Assembly (NCBI GenBank): GCA_965263355.1
Contig: CBDHHL010000029.1
Span: forward strand, 1 to 64,000
Reading direction: 5' to 3'
DNA length: 64,000 nucleotides
DNA from: Leptolyngbyaceae cyanobacterium
Lineage (GTDB): Bacteria > Cyanobacteriota > Cyanobacteriia > Phormidesmidales > Phormidesmidaceae
The notes under the pieces are model-generated. The model had not been told where the DNA came from and ran no database searches. It was given only the letters and a program-made list of their open reading frames with translations. The position numbers and the translations under genes were made by a program. This document shows positions 52,242 through 59,849 of the stretch, piece by piece (position 1 is the first letter of the stretch; every line of letters begins with the position of its first letter).

Positions 52242-52413
52242 CGTTAAACCTGCTTAACACACCACAAAGCATGATATCATCATTGTTGTACGCCAAGGGT
52301 TTAGCCCTGGCTTAGGAAATAATGCACAACTAAGACGGCATAATGGTTAGACCTTTCTCACCATTCGTGAGTTAGTGAATGCAGCTGCTGGCAGCTGAAA
52401 ATCGGCATCTACC

Positions 52414-52617
52414 TTATGGCTGGGCCGATTGCTCTATCCAGCTTGGGACGTAATCGGTTCTATCGCAGTTCATTCCGTATTCCTGAATCAAAGGCAGTAG
52501 AATCCTGTCGGCCACCCTTGATAGCTCCTCGCTCAGCAGATCTTCAACCGGAATGTTTAGCTGTTGAGCTTTTCTGAGAGTAGCTGAGTCCACTGGGATC
52601 GTAATATTCGCTTTCAA
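52414..52617 (-). CDS. CcdA-like RHH antitoxin-type protein
   Basis: ANITIPVDSATLRKAQQLNIPVEDLLSEEL. Confidence 0.5.
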   Translation of the reverse strand: MKANITIPVDSATLRKAQQLNIPVEDLLSEELSRVADRILLPLIQEYGMNCDRTDYVPSWIEQSAQP

Positions 52618-52912
52618 AATTAGCCTCCAACCTCATAGTTGGGCTGCATCTTGCAGGACTTTCCAACTTGATTCTTCTACAACAAAAGTCTCGGTGCCGG
52701 GGGCACTACATAAAGCGTATCCTTTACGCTTCAACCCTTCTTCAGTATCCTCAAAAGACAAAGGATCTTCAGACCAAGGGAAGACTTCTGCAAAGTCTTC
52801 TCCCTTGTAACCCCAATAGCATCCGAGGTCGTCTTTTACGATTCGGTCGAAAGTGTAATGATTGATTTGAGCAGACATAATTTTTAACTCCGTTCTCACT
52901 TAACTTGCCCTG

Positions 52913-52986
52913 ATTGTATACGTTACATTTTTGAGTGTCAACACTTTTGTTGAGGACTTGACAAGTCATCTTTAAGCGCTTATCTT
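52913..52986. promoter_or_regulatory. Divergent sigma70-type promoters
   Basis: Minus: TTGACA-17-TACAAT; plus: TTGACA-17-TATCTT. Confidence 0.65.
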
Positions 52987-53381
52987 TTGATAGCAATCAA
53001 TGATTTTATTGAGGCGCATGAGCGAAGAGATTACACCTCAACAGCTGTTAGATGCAGTTGAGAACCCATACAAGCTATTAAGTAAGTGGGTTCTAATGCG
53101 TGGTGGCTGGACTGCTTTGTATAAGGTTTTTGGCTATGTTTCAGCACAAAGCTTTAATGAGGCTTTTAGTCGTAGGGCCACTAAAAACCGATGGACTGGG
53201 AAGGGGCTGAGAACTCATTTGTCCATACTGGTTCATCTAGACAATAATAGTCCAGAATTAGTCCAAAAAAATAGCACTCTCAATGAAAATGTTGAGGAAT
53301 AAGGGGTTTATTGGGCTGATTAGTTGCGGTTGCAGCAGCAAGTCAAAGATATGATTTTTCGGAAGTAAAAAAAGTACTTTA

Positions 53382-55076
53382 TCATTCCGTAATTCCTCTT
53401 TTCTTGTGGTTCTTTGCGGCGTTAACATCTGCATTTTGCTTCTGTTCAAATAGGCTACAGCTCTCATTTACGCAAATAAACGTGTCTTGGGCTGGCCTGA
53501 TGCCTTTCCCTCCGCAACAATGACAGCGTTGTGATGAGTATCTAGCCTCCGTCTCTATGTATAATTTCCCGGCTTCCTCTAATTTAGATTTTGTTTTAGT
53601 TCTAAGGTCGCCCATACAGGCTATTTTCAATGATCTGTTCAATCCTGCCTTAGCTGTTCTGCCGTTTTGCTCGTAATAACTTCCATCTTCAGCTAACTTA
53701 GGCGTTGTCTGCCTCCCCATGTTAGTTAACGCCGTAGCCTCCCAGGCGATGACATCATAAGTTCTGGCTAACCTGGTTGACAGCTTATGATTGAAAGCAT
53801 TTGAACTATTAACAGCTCGCTCATGCAGCCTGGATATTTTATTCCTAAGTTTTTGCTCGTTATTAGTGGCTTCACGCTTCCCACGCTTCCATATTTGTCC
53901 TAGCCGCTTATCATTTTTTTCAGTCATAATGTCAAGCTTGGATTGCAGCTTTTCAATATGATTGTGTATTCGTTGTCTGCTTTCGTTAGGATTAAATAAA
54001 TGACCTTCGTCAGTCGCTACAATTGCCTTAACGCCAGGGTCAATGCCCGCCATATGCCCGGTTCGTTTAGCGCATTTTGAGTCTTCTATTAGCAAGTATG
54101 GCAGCTCATTTTCTATTGACTTTTTCTTGGCTAATGCCGCTTGATAGTCTTCACTGTTAGCTAACGCCTTGGCTTGCTCCTTTTTCCCTTTAATGCCATC
54201 AATAACTTTTTTCTTGATAGCGATTAAAACTCTTTTTTGCCGTTTAAGCTCTAATCTATTTTCTTCTTCCGCTTCACTTTGAGTAGTTAAGCATAGATAG
54301 AAGCCACTCGGTTTTAATATCAGTTTGTAAGTCTTTATTACATAGCCTTCGAGTCTTTTTGAATAGCTACGATCGCACGGTTCTAAAACTAAGCCTTGAC
54401 CGTCGAATTGCCCTTTTTTGAACGGGATGGCTTTTTGATTATTGTTCAGCGTGCTAATTTTACACTGCTTGCCGTCCTTGTACTTTGGCTGCTTTCTAGC
54501 GGGCAGTTTCCCGTCTAAATAAGCCCTCCAGGCAACCTCAAAGTCAGCTAGTAGCCCCCCAACAAAATCGCTATTGCACGTTAATTCATCAAGACCCTGA
54601 GAACTTCGTGACGCATTTAGCAACGCCATATTGTCTAGTCCCCATGATTTCCCCTTTAGCTCACGTATTAATGGGACGCCTTCCTTGAAATAAGGGACTT
54701 CGATATATTTATGGGGTTCTGGCTTTATCCGCCTATATGGCTTATCCCCAGTCACTAACTCATAGCCAAGTTTTGTTTTGCCATCGCCATAGTGAATCAA
54801 AGGGGCTTTATCTGACTTCTTAAAATACGGACCTCCTTTAGCAATCTGACAAGCTGCGCCATTCCAACCGCCACTCTTTGAAAAGCGTAACGGCGTTCTA
54901 ATGCAGCCTGATAAGTCGACGCCTTTCTTTTCTACCCAGGCATACCACTCAAGGCAATGATTATGTAAGGCTACGGCCCGTACATAATTCCACAACCATT
55001 CAAGCTCTCTGCAAATTTTCTCGTATGTAATTAGTGTTTCAGGAGTCGGCTGGACTTTTACCTTGATCGTCTTCAT
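53382..55076 (-). CDS. TnpB-family RuvC nuclease, probable compact type V CRISPR effector (C2c8/V-U2-like), 564 aa
   Basis: MKTIKVKVQPT..WLWN N-terminus; RuvC-I GIDPG, RuvC-II IAWEAT, YSSQRCHCCG..CVNESC zinc finger, RuvC-III NADVNAAKN; CRISPR array about 540 bp away. Confidence 0.85.
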   Translation of the reverse strand: MKTIKVKVQPTPETLITYEKICRELEWLWNYVRAVALHNHCLEWYAWVEKKGVDLSGCIRTPLRFSKSGGWNGAACQIAKGGPYFKKSDKAPLIHYGDGKTKLGYELVTGDKPYRRIKPEPHKYIEVPYFKEGVPLIRELKGKSWGLDNMALLNASRSSQGLDELTCNSDFVGGLLADFEVAWRAYLDGKLPARKQPKYKDGKQCKISTLNNNQKAIPFKKGQFDGQGLVLEPCDRSYSKRLEGYVIKTYKLILKPSGFYLCLTTQSEAEEENRLELKRQKRVLIAIKKKVIDGIKGKKEQAKALANSEDYQAALAKKKSIENELPYLLIEDSKCAKRTGHMAGIDPGVKAIVATDEGHLFNPNESRQRIHNHIEKLQSKLDIMTEKNDKRLGQIWKRGKREATNNEQKLRNKISRLHERAVNSSNAFNHKLSTRLARTYDVIAWEATALTNMGRQTTPKLAEDGSYYEQNGRTAKAGLNRSLKIACMGDLRTKTKSKLEEAGKLYIETEARYSSQRCHCCGGKGIRPAQDTFICVNESCSLFEQKQNADVNAAKNHKKRGITE

Positions 55077-55239
55077 TATTTTGTACGTCGTTTTGTGGCA
55101 GCTCTGGCAGCATATCAATAAAGCGTTCCAATAGGTCTGCTATCGATATATCCCAAAGTCTACAATACTGCTCTAGCTTTTGTTTGCGACTTTGCTTGAT
55201 GCGCGCGTAAATCCTGCCTTCTCTATTCTCTTTTCCCAT
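55039..55239 (-). CDS. RHH/CopG-like regulator overlapping the effector start
   Basis: RIYARI..RKQKLEQYC..SIADLLERFIDMLP. Confidence 0.7.
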   Translation of the reverse strand: MGKENREGRIYARIKQSRKQKLEQYCRLWDISIADLLERFIDMLPELPQNDVQNNEDDQGKSPADS

Positions 55240-55255
55240 TTATATTAAAAAATAC

Positions 55256-55284
55256 TTGGCGTACAAAATATAACACGCTAATAT
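55256..55284 (+). promoter_or_regulatory. Promoter for tracr-like RNA / array
   Basis: TTGGCG-17bp-TAATAT. Confidence 0.55.
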
Positions 55285-55290
55285 AAGGAC

Positions 55291-55481
55291 ATCGCAGTTT
55301 GGGCGACAAGGCAGCGGAAACGTTGTTGGATGGCTTCAGCGCTAAGGTTCTCTAGGGGGCTATGGGTATCTTCTGTCGGGAAACCGATAAACACCAGCCG
55401 AAAGGCAAGATAGGAGCAAAAGGAGTCCGTAAGGCCCTTATAGATTCGCCGGATCTATGGCGAACAGTCTCAACTTTTTTT
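55291..55481 (+). ncRNA. Putative tracrRNA-like structured RNA
   Basis: Several GNRA-capped hairpins, a three-way junction, and a terminal hairpin plus T7 run, between effector and array. Confidence 0.55.
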
Positions 55482-55612
55482 GGCAAAGCTAAGCGAGGCC
55501 AAAAGAAGAACCTTGAAAAACAGGGATTAAAGCTTTGGCAAAATTGCCATTTTATGAGCTTTGCCAGAATCGCTCATAAAAGCCTTGCGGCTAAAGGGAT
55601 GCAGCTGTTTAA

Positions 55613-55995
55613 GCTGCCAAATCTTTTATCCCTACCAAGGGACTGAAACCATGATGGGGCGATTCTGGATATTGATTCCCTACCGCTGCCAAAGCTTTAA
55701 TCCCTACTAAGGGACTGAAACGCGGCAAAACCATTTGCTTTAGCTACGTCATCGCTGAGGCTGCCAAAGCTTTAATCCCTACTAAGGGACTGAAACAGCA
55801 GGTCAAAATCTGGAGAATTAGCAATCGCGATGGCTGCCAAGGCTTTGATCCCTACCAAGGGACTGAAACTAGCAATTGATAGCGATGAGTAAGGCATCAC
55901 GGGCTGCCAAAGCTTTAATCCCTACCAAGGGGCTGAAACGAGTCAATCTCTTGGATCACAGCCAAGCTTTTCTTGCGCTGCCAAGGGACTGAAAC
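55613..55995 (+). CRISPR. CRISPR array: 5 full 37-bp repeats + degenerate terminal repeat, 5 spacers
   Basis: Consensus GCTGCCAAAGCTTTAATCCCTACYAAGGGACTGAAAC at 55613, 55685, 55760, 55833, 55903; remnant ending 55995; unique spacers of 35, 38, 36, 33, 37 nt. Confidence 0.96.
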
Positions 55996-55999
55996 TTTA

Positions 56000-56872
56000 T
56001 CACTCCGTAATTCCTTTTAGCCCGAGTATAGTTACGACTGACCCCACGATCAGCGTAGACCACTCGAATATGTTCTTAATAGTTTCGTGGTCCAGGTTCA
56101 GTGCGAACGCCGCGATTGCAGCCAATGATACGCCAAGTACAAGCATGCCAAGCTTGATTTTTTTCTCAGCCTTGCGACGGGCGAGTAGCTGGGATTCTTG
56201 CTGACGGTTTAACGCTCGCTCTTGCTCCAGCGTGCTACTAAGGTCTAATAGGACACTGCTTTGTTCATTGAGCTTTTGGCCAAACTCCTCACGCTCTTTG
56301 GAGTATTGGACTTGCATCCGGCCCATGGCTTCAGTGAGCTTTTCTAGCTGATGCTTGGCCTGTGTGGCTTCCTGTTCGTAGATCCTCCGCTCCATTTGGA
56401 TAGCTTGGAATTGCTGCAGCGTTGGGGGGTCCGTATCATCTCCCGGCTCTTTTTCTGCAGGCCACTCAAGGATGCAATAGTATCGTGAGTTAATTAAATC
56501 ATTTTGGAATTTAGGGAAAATAGTGATACTTCCTGCAAGGCCAGGACGGAGCTGCATGAATCCAGTCACAGGACGATGGCCAACCCATACTCGTTGTTTC
56601 GACGGCTTCCATTCGCCGTCGACTAAGTGGCCATCGTGAACAAAATAATCCCAGCCCCTGGGACTTGCCTGGTTCTCTTCTGCTAACAAAGTGCATTGAC
56701 GAGAGCTGATCCAATTTTGGCAGCGGGCACCGACACCAATCTGAATGTGGTTTTCTGCAGGTTCAGCTCTGCCAATCGTAATTGGCCCACGCCTGAGTCT
56801 TTCTAGTGAGATTTCGTGTTGCTGATCACTCCCGCCTATTTCGGTGATCAGCAGATACTCTTCGGCTTTCAT
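56000..56872 (-). CDS. FHA-like domain + coiled coil + 2 TM protein
   Basis: ITIGR..ISSRQCTL..DG..S..VWV FHA pattern; heptad region; two C-terminal hydrophobic helices. Confidence 0.7.
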   Translation of the reverse strand: MKAEEYLLITEIGGSDQQHEISLERLRRGPITIGRAEPAENHIQIGVGARCQNWISSRQCTLLAEENQASPRGWDYFVHDGHLVDGEWKPSKQRVWVGHRPVTGFMQLRPGLAGSITIFPKFQNDLINSRYYCILEWPAEKEPGDDTDPPTLQQFQAIQMERRIYEQEATQAKHQLEKLTEAMGRMQVQYSKEREEFGQKLNEQSSVLLDLSSTLEQERALNRQQESQLLARRKAEKKIKLGMLVLGVSLAAIAAFALNLDHETIKNIFEWSTLIVGSVVTILGLKGITE

Positions 56873-56936
56873 ATTGGGCTATAAATACTCTCTTATAGGC
56901 TAACCTATAAAAGAATCTTTCTCCTCAGTGCTATCT

Positions 56937-57461
56937 ATGGCCACTATCCCAGACAGTTCAGGGTTACCGACAAGCGGGACAGGCACTGGACGGAGACTTA
57001 CTCGCGCTGATCTCCAGGCAATGATCGACAAATCGGTCACAAGCAGTATAGGCGAGGCGTTTCGACTCTCTGGGCAAGCTGACGAGCGGAATGCTGCTAG
57101 ACTCCGAGACTTGGAAGCCAGGATGGAGACTTTAATAAAGAAAGTCTCTGACAGCAGCTCGACAATAGCAGAGATAAAGGCTGGCTACGACGAATACAGG
57201 GAATGGGGCAGCAAAGTGGCTGAGGCTGTAGCGGCCACTGGAGGAGATGCTAGAACGCTGCACAGGACTATGGAACGGGTTGATGGCCTTGTTGAGATTG
57301 CTCAGTTGTTATTGAGAGTGCTAGAGCCAACAAGCAGGGCGATCAATTGGATGATCGACCGACTGCACCGGCTGGACAAAAGAACATACAGTCACAAAGA
57401 CGGGGCGGATATCACTAACCTAGTGAATGGCCCCCGACGAAGATCGAGTGATCGCGGGTAG
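56937..57461 (+). CDS. Coiled-coil hypothetical protein
   Basis: Helical heptad pattern; lies between the FHA and EAL genes. Confidence 0.55.
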   Translation: MATIPDSSGLPTSGTGTGRRLTRADLQAMIDKSVTSSIGEAFRLSGQADERNAARLRDLEARMETLIKKVSDSSSTIAEIKAGYDEYREWGSKVAEAVAATGGDARTLHRTMERVDGLVEIAQLLLRVLEPTSRAINWMIDRLHRLDKRTYSHKDGADITNLVNGPRRRSSDRG

Positions 57462-58510
57462 TGGCGCAGGGCGACCGAATAGGTAACCCTGCGCCATGTC
57501 ACAGCCGATTGCCTTAAGCATGTCGGCCTGTTGCTGGGTTTCCACGCCTTCAGCGATAACTTTGATGCTGAGTTTTTGCGATAGCGCCACAATTGCGTCA
57601 ACCATTACTCTGGATTCGCGAGCAGGCAGGCCACTAATAATAGATCTGTCGAGCTTTACCAGGTCAACTTGACCCTTCAGCAATCTATCGTAGCTGCAGT
57701 ATCCGGTGCCGAAATCGTCCAGGGCGATCTTTACGCCTTTCCCCCTAGCTGACTGAATCCGGCTCTGAATCTCCTCAGAAACAGCCTCAGTCTCCAATAT
57801 CTCCATATGCCCTCTAGCAGGCAGCTTTTGATCGTGCCAATCTGCTCTAGCTAGAGTGAATGGGCTGATATTAAAGCTGATCCACTGGCCAATCTTGCTT
57901 GAATCTGCCTGGGTTCGCTCGATTACCCAGTAGCACAGCAAGTGTTCACTGTTTGCCTTTCTCAGTAAAGGCAAGAAATCCCTGGAAAGATTAATGCATT
58001 GTCTTTTGCCCATCTTGACAACGCCTCATAACCAACGGTCTCATCGGATCTTAGGTCAACTATCGGCTGATAATGCAGGGCAAATCCGTTGTGGTTAATT
58101 GCGTATTTTATTTCTGAAAGCCTTTGTGTTTCAACCTCTGTCAGCTCTTTGTCGCCAAGTTTGCTGACTTGGGAAAAGAAATAAAGAAATTCTCCAGACT
58201 CAGAATGGAATCCTTCACAGTGCAACGTGCAAGAGATCCATTCTGCTGTTTGTCCATGCTTATAACGTTTTTTCAGTGTGAAAGATTTAAGTTCTCCATT
58301 GATTACGCTGCGGAATGGGTTGACCTGAGGCGTTAGATCGTCAGGATGACTGATTTCCTGAAACGTTAGGCGCAGCAACGTTTCTCGTTGATAACCCAGT
58401 ATTTCACACAGAGTCTCATTTACATCCCAGAACTTTCCGTCTGGCCCAACAATAGCAGCCCCTATCAGGCTGTTCCGTTTAAGTAGCTCTGGGATTCTAT
58501 GCATCATCAA
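57420..58510 (-). pseudogene. PAS-EAL c-di-GMP phosphodiesterase split by a single frameshift near 57981
   Basis: PAS (VNETLCEILGY..ISHPDD), YQPIV..GYEALSRW in one frame; FNISP, EILE, LDDFGTGY, VKLDRS, AEGVET, QGYLFGRP in the next. Confidence 0.8.
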
Positions 58511-58666
58511 AAATACCTAATCCTGCTTCCGCATTTTGGCTGCTAGTTAAATTTTAAGCTTGGTTACGCTTTCTGCCCTCGTCGTTATTGGTTTGACGTG
58601 GTTGATAGATTATTTAGATATTGTCGATGTGGTCAAGACACTAATCCCCTGATTGATGATTGAGGC

Positions 58667-59845
58667 TTAGCTTGCAAGTAAATCCAATAAGCTTAGCTGT
58701 TGCTTTTTGGGGGCTTCCTCAGTCGTTGCGGTCTGTTGTTTTAGCCAGTCTAATCTAGCCTGCTGCGATACAAAGTTTTGTTCTTTGCCGACTTTGCTAC
58801 GGGCTACATCTGCCCAATGAGGATCAATATCAATCCCGATAAAATGTCGTCCATGCTTTTTGGCCGCTACTAGAGTATTGCCGGAACCACAAAAGCAATC
58901 TAGAACTACTGAATTAGGTTTAGAACTAGCGTTTATTATGTGCGCCATCATGGCCAATGGCTTCTCGCATGGGTGCTTACCTGGGTAGCTTTGCACTGTC
59001 GGGAAGTCCCATATATCCGTGTAGGGTACGTCTGACGATACAATAAACGGTCTACGTAGTTCTTCGTATTGCTGACGTAGTTCTTCGTATTGCTGACGTA
59101 GTTCTTCGTATTGCTGACGTAGTTCTTCGTATTGCTGACGTAGTTCTTCGTATTGCTGACGTAGTGAGTTAGGCCCAAACAATTGGCGTAACCATTGATA
59201 ATTATGTTTTGTTGGCAATGCCCATTGAATAGAGGTGAACCAGTGGCCAGCCATACCCGTTACTGTTCGGCTACCTGTTTTTTTTTGAAAAGCTTCAGCA
59301 ACTTGTCTTATTGAAAATCCAGCCTCCATTCTCTCTCCATCCAAATACGCCCGCAACGGTTCAAAAACAAACCCGCGCAACTCATCACACTTTGCCTGAT
59401 AACCTGCTTCGCCTTTAGCTGCGTTATCTGCGCCGTAATGTTCACAAAAGATAATTGATTCCGATGCAGGGAAATAGCCTCTAAGAATTTCTTTGCATGA
59501 TCCTTTATGAAATCCTTGTTCCTTTCGCCATCGAATATTGTTCAGCACATTAAACCGATCGCTCAACAACACCTCAACTCGTGCTGACATTTTTGTGCTC
59601 GCGAAACAATACAGGCTGCCATTAGGTTTTAATATGCGTTGCCATTGCGCGGCTAGCTGGTCAATCCATCTCAAGAATTCTGCTGAATTATCCCAGGCGC
59701 GATCCCACCATTCGAATTTGCCTTTAGAACCGCCCCCTTTTACCTTAAAAAAAGGCGGGTCAGTTGCTATTAGATCAATGCTGCTATCAGGGATGCCGTT
59801 CATCACTTCCAAGCAATCGCCTTGAATAACTTGATTTAATTCCAT
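58667..59845 (-). CDS. Beta-class N4/N6 DNA methyltransferase
   Basis: IQGDCLEVM, TDPPF, HPCEKP, VLDCFCGSG, FIGIDI. Confidence 0.92.
   Translation of the reverse strand: MELNQVIQGDCLEVMNGIPDSSIDLIATDPPFFKVKGGGSKGKFEWWDRAWDNSAEFLRWIDQLAAQWQRILKPNGSLYCFASTKMSARVEVLLSDRFNVLNNIRWRKEQGFHKGSCKEILRGYFPASESIIFCEHYGADNAAKGEAGYQAKCDELRGFVFEPLRAYLDGERMEAGFSIRQVAEAFQKKTGSRTVTGMAGHWFTSIQWALPTKHNYQWLRQLFGPNSLRQQYEELRQQYEELRQQYEELRQQYEELRQQYEELRRPFIVSSDVPYTDIWDFPTVQSYPGKHPCEKPLAMMAHIINASSKPNSVVLDCFCGSGNTLVAAKKHGRHFIGIDIDPHWADVARSKVGKEQNFVSQQARLDWLKQQTATTEEAPKKQQLSLLDLLAS
59054..59165. repeat. Perfect 21-bp tandem repeat x5.3 encoding LRQQYEE
   Basis: ACGTAGTTCTTCGTATTGCTG at 59054, 59075, 59096, 59117, 59138. 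Confidence 0.95.
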
Positions 59846-59849
59846 ATCA

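Noticed and set aside
53382..55239. Ordinary IS200/IS605 or IS607 insertion sequence
   Set aside because: No tnpA beside it, the protein is enlarged, and an array, anti-repeat and structured RNA lie upstream. It is not formally excluded without phylogeny.
55362..55646. 94-aa ORF from the track
   Set aside because: Overlaps the structured RNA, leader and first repeat; no recognisable protein features
55650..55976. Self-targeting spacers
   Set aside because: Only 8-9-nt chance matches found by eye (e.g. near 9574 and 32722); a computational check is still needed
53382..55995. Cas12k / CAST system
   Set aside because: RuvC acids are intact and no tnsB/tnsC/tniQ are present
59054..59165. Second CRISPR array
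   Set aside because: Head-to-tail units with no spacers; in-frame coding VNTR
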